NCBI GenBank assembly: GCA_963845145.1
Contig: CAWJQU010000008.1
Span: 352,001 to 416,000 of the forward strand
Origin: an uncultured delta proteobacterium
Lineage (GTDB): Bacteria > Desulfobacterota > Desulfobacteria > Desulfobacterales > QNYZ01
DNA: 64,000 bases
Direction: 5' to 3'
This document shows, one piece after another, positions 1-9,447 of this stretch. Both the position numbers and the translations under genes were made by a program. Numbering within the stretch: the first letter of the stretch is position 1; every line of letters begins with the position of its first letter. The notes beneath the pieces were generated by a model that worked only from the letters and a program-made list of their open reading frames with translations, was not told the origin of the DNA and made no database searches.

Positions 1-32
1 GGACATAGGGCGCCTCCTATCACTTTTCTGAC

Positions 33-572
33 TTAGCCGGCTATAGCTTTTTCAAGTTTTTGACGCAATTCGGCGACTTCATCGCGAAGAGCAGCCACTT
101 CCTCTTGGACAGCTTTTAACGCTTCGTCTGTGGCACTTTTCGCCATCCGCTTTTTTATAGAAGGACTGATTCGAACCCCCGTAATCTTCTGTTTTAAGAC
201 TTGGAATTTGGTTATTTCGGCAACCACCAACTGCTTTCTCTCATGATCGGGCATCGTCTTTTCGCCGATCACTTTTTCCATACTTTCAAATACGGAACCA
301 AGTAAACCTATTACATCTTTATCCGCATTGGCTTTATTCTTTTTTATGTATTTTCCAATTGAAGATAGCATTTTAAAGAAAGCCACCAAAACCAGGTCGC
401 CCTCAGCCCTGACCATTAGTTTTTCCGACTCACTAATCAACTTGTTTAAGGTCTGGTCATTGATTTCCCAGTCCATGGCAAGGAATATCGCTTTTAGGTC
501 CTGTAAGGAAGATAATGGGATTTTATTTGTTCGTTCGGTTCCATCTGCATTTGATGTATCAGTATTGTTCAT
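33..572 (-). CDS. Hypothetical protein with C-terminal coiled coil, downstream of mglA
   Basis: 179-aa ORF starting 14 bp after the mglA stop, with an AGGAGG RBS; heptad-like C-terminus (ALKAVQEEVAALRDEVAELRQKLEKA). Confidence 0.7.
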   Translation of the reverse strand: MNNTDTSNADGTERTNKIPLSSLQDLKAIFLAMDWEINDQTLNKLISESEKLMVRAEGDLVLVAFFKMLSSIGKYIKKNKANADKDVIGLLGSVFESMEKVIGEKTMPDHERKQLVVAEITKFQVLKQKITGVRISPSIKKRMAKSATDEALKAVQEEVAALRDEVAELRQKLEKAIAG

Positions 573-585
573 TTGATCAGGCCTC

Positions 586-1191
586 CTACATAAGCGTTCT
601 TTTTAGAGAAATCATAGTTATCTGGATGGCTTTTTTTAGCGTAGTGGCAACGGCATGGCCCGTCATCGCACTGGCACCAAAGCTTGGGGCTTTTAATTTC
701 GAATTAAGATCATTTTCAAGATTTTCAATGGAAAGAAGCGGAACCCCTTTTTTCCCTAAGTCGCGCTTGTTATACTGTAGGACAATAGGAATTTTATATA
801 AATCTTTTTGATATGCCGCCAGGTTCTCTTCCAGGTTTTTCAAGGAGGCAATATTTTTTTCTCTTCTCACAGTCATGGAATCCGCAACAAAAACGACACC
901 GTCAACCCCTCGCAAAACCAGGCGCCTGGTTGCGTTGTATTTTACCTGTCCGGGAACGGTATACAACTGTGTTCGAATGCTATACCCTTTAATTGTACCA
1001 ATGTTTAAGGGTAGAAAATCGAAAAACAGGGTCCGATCTCCATGAGTCTTTATTGTAACCAGATCATTTTTCATCTGGTGGCGGATGCGATTGTAGATAA
1101 ACTCCAGATTTGATGTTTTTCCACCTCTTCCGGGTCCGTAATAGACTATTTTAACCTGAACTTCTTTTTTCTTTAAATTTACGAATGCCAC
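586..1191 (-). CDS. mglA: MglA-family small GTPase
   Basis: KIVYYGPGRGGKTSN P-loop, RTLFFDFLP, LYTVPGQ and NKRD motifs typical of MglA. Confidence 0.93.
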   Translation of the reverse strand: MAFVNLKKKEVQVKIVYYGPGRGGKTSNLEFIYNRIRHQMKNDLVTIKTHGDRTLFFDFLPLNIGTIKGYSIRTQLYTVPGQVKYNATRRLVLRGVDGVVFVADSMTVRREKNIASLKNLEENLAAYQKDLYKIPIVLQYNKRDLGKKGVPLLSIENLENDLNSKLKAPSFGASAMTGHAVATTLKKAIQITMISLKRTLM

Positions 1192-1259
1192 GGCATTTAC
1201 CTCTTGTTGATGGCAAATTAGAAATTGGGTTCAATTGACTGGTTAAGGTTACTTTAAGA

Positions 1260-1655
1260 TTATTGCCCTGGCAATATCTCGCCTATCTTGGTGACGACTT
1301 CGGCCACCTTCAGCCTTAAAAAACCCAATGACACCTCTTTGTCAAAAATCGTCACCAACAGATATTCGGAGAGGACCTTGCTGAAGTGAATATTTGATTT
1401 CTCACCTTTGTGGAAAAGCAGCGAAAATTCATCTTCACCGACAATATTGGCCATGGCACTCATTGCACCATAATTTCCGGCTGCAAGTGCGGCCAGGGAA
1501 TAAATGTCATGATCGGCATCCCCGTTGTTCTGATCAACGACAATATTTCCAGCCATATCGATCAAGATCACACTGCGAACCCCCAATTCGATGAGATTTT
1601 TATTTAAGACAATTTCAATATCTTCCAGCTGTTTTTGCTCAAGAATGTAAGACAC
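1260..1655 (-). CDS. mglB: MglB roadblock/LC7 protein (GAP partner of MglA)
   Basis: SLAALAAGNYGA, FSLLFHKGE and SLGFLRL motifs; directly upstream of mglA; GGAGG RBS before the GTG start. Confidence 0.9.
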   Translation of the reverse strand: MSYILEQKQLEDIEIVLNKNLIELGVRSVILIDMAGNIVVDQNNGDADHDIYSLAALAAGNYGAMSAMANIVGEDEFSLLFHKGEKSNIHFSKVLSEYLLVTIFDKEVSLGFLRLKVAEVVTKIGEILPGQ

Positions 1656-1715
1656 TTAATAACCTCCTGTTTGAGATGAAGCGAAGATTCGTTAATATTG
1701 AGTAAATACAGATAT

Positions 1716-2420
1716 TTAGCGATTACGTTGTGCCGGCTTCAACCGAATACAGACACTGGTTCCTTCACCAAGCTGGCTGTCTATAGTAATACCGCCGCCC
1801 ATGGCGGCCAATAATTTACGCGCAAGGGGTAGCCCTAGACCTGACTTTTCCGAATCTTTTGTATAAAAGGGAATAAAAACTTTTTCCAGTTTATCACTTT
1901 CAATGCCTGGCCCATTATCTCGAATCATAATCCGCAAATCATCTTCAGCAAGAATGGTCATTTCGATTAGCGGATCTTTTGTTTGTATCATTGCTTCAAT
2001 AGCGTTGGCAAGTACGGCATCAAATACCAGGTTAAGGACTCTTCCTTCGCCTAAAATAGAAAATGGTTTTTCGGATCCTTTTACGATTAACCGAATCCCC
2101 CTGACCGCCAAAGCTTCCCGTTTTTCCTGTACCCAATCATGCCAAAACGCTTCAAAGTTGATCGGCTGCAAACGGTTAACAACGGATCGGCTGTATTTTT
2201 TCATTGAATCGAGGAGACGTTGCTGCAACTCAACCTGCCCTACCGCCCGCACTAAAAATTCAGTCTTTTTGGTTTCATTGAACTGATCATAATTTTCAAG
2301 CAACACTTCGAGGGTAATTTTAAGCGTGCCGACTGAATTGCTCAAAAGATGGCGAATATTAGATAACGCCCGGTCGAAAAGTTCCCCTGATCCTATATCC
2401 GAATCTGATATTTGTGTCAT
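1716..2420 (-). CDS. Sensor-less histidine kinase (HisKA-like plus HATPase_c)
   Basis: H-box-like IRHLLSN, N box LANAIEA, G1 RDNGPGI, F box VFIPFYT, G2 SGLGL. Confidence 0.85.
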   Translation of the reverse strand: MTQISDSDIGSGELFDRALSNIRHLLSNSVGTLKITLEVLLENYDQFNETKKTEFLVRAVGQVELQQRLLDSMKKYSRSVVNRLQPINFEAFWHDWVQEKREALAVRGIRLIVKGSEKPFSILGEGRVLNLVFDAVLANAIEAMIQTKDPLIEMTILAEDDLRIMIRDNGPGIESDKLEKVFIPFYTKDSEKSGLGLPLARKLLAAMGGGITIDSQLGEGTSVCIRLKPAQRNR

Positions 2421-2495
2421 GTTTTTTCCTGTCCTGTTAATCGAATATTTGACCCTCTGGGCACGTGTCTATTATAATCAAATGTACTAATGCTT

Positions 2496-2512
2496 TGCAA
2501 TAATGGCGCCAA
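2496..2512 (-). promoter_or_regulatory. sigma54 (-24/-12) promoter for the HK-mglB-mglA unit
   Basis: Minus strand TTGGCGCCATTATTGCA = GG-N10-GC, about 75 bp upstream of the kinase start. Confidence 0.6.
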
Positions 2513-2777
2513 TCTTTGGCGCAATCAATATTCGCATAGAATTCATATAGTTAATATTTAACATCGAATTTTCAGGGTAGAATATCCAGTGGCGTGGTGC
2601 CACGGCTTGAAATATGTGCCCCGCATTTTGTAATCAGAATGGAACGCTCCCTCAAGCTCAGGTCCAAGCATGTAATCGTGTAACGACTAATTTTGCATGT
2701 CTTGCCAATTCTGCCGATTATTGTTAGAGGCATTCCTATCGCAAATCCGTACCTAAATTGATAGACACCATTATCGC

Positions 2778-3884
2778 ATGCATTCCGAAGAAACCAGCCA
2801 ACAAATGATGGATAGGAGCTATTGCGGCCGAATACTGTCCGGCTCATATACCTCCAGGTTAAAGCGGCGTACAGGGGAATGTATTCACACCTTTAAGGCC
2901 TTCGACGCAATCGGCACACCGCTCATTCCTTACATTGCCGCCTGGCAAGAACGGCAAAAAACCATCTGGTACGAATTTATCGGGAGGCACTTTCTACAAA
3001 TGTTGGCATGCGACCCCTTCAACGCGGCCAAAGCCTTCCGGAGCAGTATTCTTGAACAGAGAATCTACAAACATCAGCCGACCCAGCAGCGCGTGATCGA
3101 AAACATTGTGGGGCCCGACGATCTGGCAGGCTCCAGAACCGATTATCGCCGTCAAGCCAAAAAAAAAGGCATCATGGAAGCTGTGTATAAAAGTGTGATG
3201 AAAAATGGCGCAATCATCTGGCTAAAGGACGAGGCCGTGATCGAGACCTATGTCAAAGATCGCATCTATCTATCACTGGGCTGTTTAACCAATGTCACCA
3301 AGGAGATGGAGGCCGATGAAGCCCGCAAGCGAATGGAAACGACCCTTCGTAATAATGAAGAGCGATTTCGGTATCAAGCCACCCATGATAATTTAACCGG
3401 CCTGTACAACACCCGCCATCTCTATAATGATTTGGATTTATTGATCGAATCCTGTCAATCACAACACCGCAAGTTTTCATTGATCTTTCTTGATATTGAC
3501 AATTTCAAAGCCGTTGTGGATGCCCATGGCCATTTAAATGCCAGTCAGGCGATTCGGGAAATCGGGGCGACCATAAAAGCGGCCATTAAAAAACCCGCTT
3601 ATGGGGTGGCCTATGGTGGCGATGAATTCATCGTTGTACTCCCCGATTTCGACAAGGACCAGGCCCTGGATATGGCCGAGCACATCCGCTCGTTGATGCG
3701 ACAAACCGTTTACCTCACCAGCCGCGGGCTGACCGTCAAGCTACAGGCCAGCTTCGGTGTGGCCACATATCCGGATGACGCCGATGATCAGACAACCTTG
3801 ATCGGACTGGCTGATCAAGCCATGTTCGGGGTTAAAGCCAGCGGGAAAAATGCCGTTCAAGATAGCAAAACCAATCGTCCATAA
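2778..3884 (+). CDS. Diguanylate cyclase (GGDEF) with N-terminal PAS-like region; start uncertain
   Basis: ATHDNLTGLYN, DIDNFK, YGGDEF and ADQAMF..K..GKN motifs. Confidence 0.9.
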   Translation: MHSEETSQQMMDRSYCGRILSGSYTSRLKRRTGECIHTFKAFDAIGTPLIPYIAAWQERQKTIWYEFIGRHFLQMLACDPFNAAKAFRSSILEQRIYKHQPTQQRVIENIVGPDDLAGSRTDYRRQAKKKGIMEAVYKSVMKNGAIIWLKDEAVIETYVKDRIYLSLGCLTNVTKEMEADEARKRMETTLRNNEERFRYQATHDNLTGLYNTRHLYNDLDLLIESCQSQHRKFSLIFLDIDNFKAVVDAHGHLNASQAIREIGATIKAAIKKPAYGVAYGGDEFIVVLPDFDKDQALDMAEHIRSLMRQTVYLTSRGLTVKLQASFGVATYPDDADDQTTLIGLADQAMFGVKASGKNAVQDSKTNRP

Positions 3885-3916
3885 GCCAGCCCACAATACC
3901 CGGAATGACGATTTCA

Positions 3917-5227
3917 TCATAGCTGCCAGTAATCTATTCCCAAGGCACCTGCTTCATCTTCACTGAAAAGCCCTTTAACATCCATGACCAAGGCTTTATC
4001 TCCATCACACCGTTGGGCAATCTGCTTTAATCCCATTTTTTGATACGCCTCGTGTGAAACGGCTAAAACGACAGCATCAACTTTTTCAATCCGGGTTAAA
4101 CCAACCAGTTTTATGCCATAGTACGTTTCGGCTTCGCTCACTTCGGCCATCGGATCGTGGACCAGGACCTCAATTCCGTAATCCTCTAATTCATGAATAA
4201 TGTCCACAACCCGCGTGTTCCGTAAATCCGGCACGTTCTCTTTGAAAGTCAGGCCTAATATGGCTACCCGCGCATCTCGCACTTGTTTCCCCTGGGCAAT
4301 CATTTTTTTAACCGTCAATTCGGCGATGTACTTCCCCATATGATCGTTGATCCGGCGTCCCGCCAAAATCATTTCGGGATGGTAGCCGATGGACTCCGCC
4401 TTAAAGGTCAGATAGTACGGGTCGACGCCGATACAGTGTCCCCCTACCAGGCCCGGCGAAAAAGGTAAAAAATTCCATTTGGTCCCGGCGGCTGCCAAAA
4501 CATCATGCGTATTGATACCGATACGCTGAAATATCATGGCCAGTTCGTTCATGAGGGCGATGTTCAGGTCGCGCTGGGTATTCTCAATGACCTTGGCCGC
4601 CTCGGCCACTTTTATGCTGGTAGCCGTATGAATTCCGGCTTTGACAATCTTCCCATAAACACCGGCCAATAACTGGGTGGTCTGTGGGTCGGACCCCGAA
4701 ACGATTTTCATGATCTTATCGATTGAATGGACCTTGTCGCCGGGATTGATCCGTTCCGGAGAGTAGCCAACGGAAAAATCTTCTCCAAAAGCCAACCCGG
4801 AAACCGCTTCAAGTATAGGCACGCACACCTCCTCTGTCGCGCCCGGATAAACCGTGGACTCATAGACAACACAGGCGCCCGTCGGCATCCGTTGCCCAAC
4901 GATTTTACTGGCACTTTGCAGAGGCGTCAAATCGGGGTTGCGTTGCCCGTCAATCGGCGTGGGGACTGCCACAATGATCAGTCGGCATCGTTCCAGGTCG
5001 GCCGAATCAGCCGTGTAGTGGATGCCGGCCTGCTGTAATTGTTCGGCGGAAACCTCCAGTGTGCGATCCTCGCCGCATTTTAGTTCATCGATTCTTTTTG
5101 TGTTCAGGTCGAATCCGGTGACACGAAAATGAAAGGCCAGATGAACGGCCAGGGGCAGGCCCACATATCCCAACCCGACGACACCAATGGTATCTTCTCC
5201 AGCCAGTAATGAATCCAATGTCAACAT
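3917..5227 (-). CDS. UDP-N-acetyl-hexosamine 6-dehydrogenase (TviB/WbpO-like nucleotide sugar dehydrogenase)
   Basis: GLGYVGLP, YSPERINPGD, GGHCIGVDPYY and TFKENVPDLRN motifs. Confidence 0.92.
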   Translation of the reverse strand: MLTLDSLLAGEDTIGVVGLGYVGLPLAVHLAFHFRVTGFDLNTKRIDELKCGEDRTLEVSAEQLQQAGIHYTADSADLERCRLIIVAVPTPIDGQRNPDLTPLQSASKIVGQRMPTGACVVYESTVYPGATEEVCVPILEAVSGLAFGEDFSVGYSPERINPGDKVHSIDKIMKIVSGSDPQTTQLLAGVYGKIVKAGIHTATSIKVAEAAKVIENTQRDLNIALMNELAMIFQRIGINTHDVLAAAGTKWNFLPFSPGLVGGHCIGVDPYYLTFKAESIGYHPEMILAGRRINDHMGKYIAELTVKKMIAQGKQVRDARVAILGLTFKENVPDLRNTRVVDIIHELEDYGIEVLVHDPMAEVSEAETYYGIKLVGLTRIEKVDAVVLAVSHEAYQKMGLKQIAQRCDGDKALVMDVKGLFSEDEAGALGIDYWQL

Positions 5228-5266
5228 GTCCGCTCCTCATCAATGGTAACGATCCTTCAAAACCGT

Positions 5267-5968
5267 CTATATTTCCTTCAACAACATCACTTTTTCATCT
5301 TCGCTTAGGTACCGCCATTCTCCCAGCATCAGTTTACCCAAGCGGATATCGCCCATTTGGACCCGTTTTAGACGATCTACCCGATGCCCTATTTTACCAG
5401 CCATCCGCCGAATTTGCCGGTTACGGCCCTCCTTTAGCGTTATCTTAAACTGTCGGGCCGACATTCGTTTGATCTTGGCCGGACGGGTTCGAACACCGTT
5501 TAAATCGATACCGTTGGCCAATCGCTTGAGCAATGAATCGGTAATCGCTCGGGCAACGGTAACGTAGTACACCTTAATATGGTTAAACGATGGATGCGAC
5601 AACCGATGGTGCAGGTCACCATCGTTGGTTAGTATAAGCAGCCCTTCCGATTCTTTGTCCAGCCGCCCGATTGGGAAAATTCGCTCGGGGATGTTTACCA
5701 GCGACGTTACAATTTTTTCTTGAGGCTGTTTGCAACTGGTAACGTAACCCCTCGGTTTATTCAAGGCAATATAGACGGATTGCGATCGTGCCTCAACCGA
5801 TTTGCCACGATATTCAACCCGGTCATTTTTTGGATCCACTTTTGTGCCTAAGACCGTGGTTACCTTGCCATTAACGCGGACATCACCGGCGAGAATACGT
5901 TTTTCACCCTCACGCCGGGAACAGATACCCGCGGTGGCAAGAAATTTTTGGAGACGCATTTCAGCCAT
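5267..5968 (-). CDS. RsuA/RluB-family rRNA pseudouridine synthase
   Basis: S4 domain RLQKFLA..SRRE, catalytic GRLD, EGRNRQIRRM. Confidence 0.92.
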   Translation of the reverse strand: MAEMRLQKFLATAGICSRREGEKRILAGDVRVNGKVTTVLGTKVDPKNDRVEYRGKSVEARSQSVYIALNKPRGYVTSCKQPQEKIVTSLVNIPERIFPIGRLDKESEGLLILTNDGDLHHRLSHPSFNHIKVYYVTVARAITDSLLKRLANGIDLNGVRTRPAKIKRMSARQFKITLKEGRNRQIRRMAGKIGHRVDRLKRVQMGDIRLGKLMLGEWRYLSEDEKVMLLKEI

Positions 5969-6048
5969 TTAAGTCATTCAGCACGATAGCTATAAAATAG
6001 AATTTAAAGCGACTTTTTTTTCATCGCACAAATTTGTATCAGGTGACA

Positions 6049-7248
6049 TCAAGTTCGATAATCGGCGTTGATCTGAACATAATCCAGGGACAGGTCGCAA
6101 GTGAGAATCGATATTTCGGAGGCCCCCATACCAAGATCGATCGTAATAGTGAATTCTGCTTGTTTTAAAACATCACCCGCACAATCGATACCAGGCCCCT
6201 CGACCCCCTGCCCTTGATCAAACACAAGCGTATCTTCAAACAAAATGCGTAATCTTTCCGGCTCGATGGGAATGCCCGCCCGACCCGCAGCGGCCACAAT
6301 TCGCCCCCAATTGGCATCTTCACCGAAAAAGGCTGTTTTTACCAGCGCCGACCTCGCCACCGTATCCGCTACAACCCGGGCGGCTTCCTCGGTATCTGCG
6401 CCCTTCACCAAAATCGTAACTAGTTTGGTCGCTCCCTCCCCATCTTTCACCAGTTCTCGGGCCAGGGATCTCATAACCTCATGAATGGTCTTTTGGCAAA
6501 TGGCTCTATCTTCAGGCGTTTCAAGTGTCGCTTTTGATTGACCATTGGCTAAAAGTAAAACCGTATCATTGGTACTGGTATCCCCGTCAATACTGATCCG
6601 GTTGAACGTTTGGTCCACCCCTGACTTCAATATAGACTGGAGCGTATTGGGCGGTGCCGCCAGGTCGGTACAGAGAAACGCCAGCATGGTAGCCATATTG
6701 GGGTGAATCATACCGGCACCTTTGGCAACACCGGTAACGGTAAAACGATGACCATTGATGCTGCCGGTACGCGTCACCAGTTTGGGGACCGTATCCGTGG
6801 TCATAATTGCTGTGGCAAAATCGAGAAAACCTTCAGGTTGTGCCGAATCGACCAGGCCCGGTATCGCCGCATTAATCGTTTGCATCGGCAGTTGGGTTCC
6901 AATCACCCCCGTGGAAGCCACCAATACCTGTTCAGGTTCGACATTCAGGTGTTTTGCGACCATCCGCGTCATGGCCACGGCATCTTTCATCCCCTGTTCA
7001 CCGGTGCAGCAATTCGCAACACCGCTGTTGACAATGAGGGCCCGGCATTGGCCCGCTGAAATTCGTTCACGATCCAAGACCACCGGTGCTGCCTGAATCG
7101 CATTGCGCGTGAAGACCCCGACAGCAACGGCAGGGACATCACTAACAATAATTCCCAAATCTTTTTCGTTGTTGGATTTAATCCCTGAGGCTAATCCCGC
7201 CGCACGAAATCCCTGGACACGAAAGTCAGTTTCGTGATGATGGGCCAT
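6049..7248 (-). CDS. argJ: Bifunctional ornithine acetyltransferase ArgJ
   Basis: IMTTDT, KGAGMIHPNMATML, DGDTSTND, DGEGATK, C-terminal INADYRT. Confidence 0.96.
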   Translation of the reverse strand: MAHHHETDFRVQGFRAAGLASGIKSNNEKDLGIIVSDVPAVAVGVFTRNAIQAAPVVLDRERISAGQCRALIVNSGVANCCTGEQGMKDAVAMTRMVAKHLNVEPEQVLVASTGVIGTQLPMQTINAAIPGLVDSAQPEGFLDFATAIMTTDTVPKLVTRTGSINGHRFTVTGVAKGAGMIHPNMATMLAFLCTDLAAPPNTLQSILKSGVDQTFNRISIDGDTSTNDTVLLLANGQSKATLETPEDRAICQKTIHEVMRSLARELVKDGEGATKLVTILVKGADTEEAARVVADTVARSALVKTAFFGEDANWGRIVAAAGRAGIPIEPERLRILFEDTLVFDQGQGVEGPGIDCAGDVLKQAEFTITIDLGMGASEISILTCDLSLDYVQINADYRT

Positions 7249-7493
7249 TGATTACTCCCTCACACATTAATGTTCAATCGATTCCCTATGCTTTTTATGA
7301 ATCCGCCTGCAACGTATTTGACCGAAGATGTGCAACCGCGGTCAATTAATAAAGCATCACTTATTATATCGCTTCGGTCATTGCTGGCAAGCCCTAAGTG
7401 AGTATTTTTACTTAAAAACCAATATAAATTCCCACGGTAAAACCCTAACAAGCCGAATTCGTATCCATGATCGTTTTTTTGTGCTGATATGGG

Positions 7494-7522
7494 TTGACAA
7501 GCATGAAATCAAAAACTATACT
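7494..7522 (+). promoter_or_regulatory. sigma70 promoter
   Basis: TTGACA-17 bp-TATACT upstream of the 7610 ORF. Confidence 0.7.
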
Positions 7523-7609
7523 TACCAATTTCATCGAGTTTTTAATATAGGCCGGGCGCCCAAGGCTCCGGCTTTTTTATCATAGATAAATGGTAAGGGG
7601 GTAATTCTG

Positions 7610-7888
7610 ATGAACTGTACAACCGTACGAACCGGAAAACCGTGCCCGTTCATGTCGGCCGAAGGCTGTTCATATAATGGGGGGATTTGCCTTGAAGTTG
7701 TGGATAATTGTAATGGCTGCAACCGCTCAATTGAATTTGAATCCGGCTGGTATTGCAGCGCTTTCCCGGAACCGGCCACGAAATGGAAAAACGGAGATTG
7801 TAATCTTGCCAGCCATACGACCGACAAAACAGTAAAGGCAACTGGCAAGATCAATCCGCTGAAGGCGTCCAAAAGGGGAGCCAGATAG
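7610..7888 (+). CDS. PxxKW-family cysteine-rich small protein
   Basis: Multiple Cys, PATKW, CNLASH and the KINPLKASKR tail; AAGGGGG RBS. Confidence 0.85.
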   Translation: MNCTTVRTGKPCPFMSAEGCSYNGGICLEVVDNCNGCNRSIEFESGWYCSAFPEPATKWKNGDCNLASHTTDKTVKATGKINPLKASKRGAR

Positions 7889-7901
7889 TAAGCAAGCTTC
7901 T

Positions 7902-7943
7902 TTGGCCGGTGTGGCTGTTTTAAATAGCCACCGGCCAATTTTT
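7902..7943 (+). terminator. Intrinsic terminator
   Basis: TTGGCCGG..TGGCTGT-TTTAA-ATAGCCA-CCGGCCAA hairpin followed by a T-tract, just after the 7888 stop. Confidence 0.7.
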
Positions 7944-8123
7944 ATCTTTTTAGATAAGCCAATGACACCCCCACGCTGATCAAGGCCGATCTCAGCAGCT
8001 GCACTCTTGACATTTTTCTTTTTCCCCTTGTAAAGACTAAGCAAACAATTTTATTCAAAATATTTCATAATTCTATTTGATCAATAAAGCACAAATCCTA
8101 ATGCGAAACAGGAGTGACCGGCG

Positions 8124-9444
8124 ATGAAATCCGATCCACTGGCCAAAGAGTTAAACGAGGTAATCGAGGCGGCCAACCCGCATATCTTTAACATGCTCTC
8201 CGACATGGGTAAGGCCTTCTTTTTCCCCAAGGGGATATTAAGCCAAGGCGCAGAGGCGAAGGAAAAGGCCCACCGCATCAATGCCACCATCGGCATCGCC
8301 AAAGAGAAGGGGCGCACCATGGCGTTCAATTCGGTGACCCAATATATCGACGATATCCCGCCGCGTGAATCGCTGACCTATGCCCCGTCTTTTGGAATTC
8401 CCGCCTTGCGTAATATTTGGCGGGAAATGATGATTAAAAAAAATCCGTCGCTAAAGGAAAAAACGATCAGCCTGCCCGTTGTAACCAGCGGAATTACCCA
8501 TGGCGTAAGCACCTTGGCCGATTTGTGGGTCAACCCCGGCGATACGGTTATTGTCCCCGCAATGATGTGGGGTAATTATAATATGATTTTTCGCGTAAAA
8601 CGCGGAGCCGAATTTGTTTCCTATCCCGTTTTTTCGAAAGATGGCGGGTTTGACCTGAAAGGGTTTGAACAGACGGTGAGGACCGCTGCCGATAAAGCCG
8701 GCAAGATCATCGTCATGCTCAATTTCCCCCACAACCCTACCGGTTATACGGTTTCGAGAGATGAAGGCCGGGCAATCGCGGATATCCTGACCGCCGTGGC
8801 CGAACAAGGCACCCATATTATCGCCGCCTGTGATGATGCCTATTTTGGTTTGTTCTATGAGGAGGCGACCTTAAAAGAGTCGCTTTTCGCCCTTTTGTGC
8901 GAGCGCCACCCGAGGCTATTGGCCGTCAAGCTGGATGGGGCCACCAAGGAGAACTATGTGTGGGGCTTGAGGGTGGGCTTCATCACCTATGGCGGAATGA
9001 TTCAAAGTGCGGCTGGGGCAACTTATGAGGCCCTGGAGAAAAAAACCGCCGGTTGCATTCGCGGTACCATATCCAATGCTTCCCATTTGGGACAGACGAT
9101 TATTCTAAACTCGATGAAAGACAATCGTTTCGCCGATGAAAGCAAGGAAAAATTCGATATCCTGAAAACGTCGCGCCATGCGCGTCAAAGCCGTGCTGAC
9201 GGACCCCAAATATAGTAAAGCCTTTACCGCTTATCCCTTCAATTCAGGCTACTTCATGTGCATTCGCCTAAAGACCGTTGAGGCGGAGAAATTACGATGC
9301 CATTTACTCGAAAAATATGAAATGGGTTTGATCTCATTAGGCAAAACCGATCTTCGTGTCGCCTTTTCATGCTTGGAAGAAGACGAGATAGCGCATTTAT
9401 TCGACACCATCCTCAAAAGTATTCAGGAGCTGGAAAGCGCATAG
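8124..9444 (+). pseudogene. Class I/II PLP aminotransferase split by a +1 frameshift near 9165-9170 (real or sequencing error)
   Basis: NFPHNPTG, DDAY and KLDGATKE..WGLRVG in 8124-9215; the natural C-terminus (PFNSGYFMC..LRVAFS) is in the +1 frame at 9178-9444. Removing one A from CTGAAAACGT joins the two. Confidence 0.8.
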
Positions 9445-9447
9445 TCC

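Noticed and set aside
2728..2743. Possible sigma54 promoter AGGCATTCCTATCGCA for the GGDEF gene
   Set aside because: Spacing fits, but the TGG and TTGC flanks are poor.
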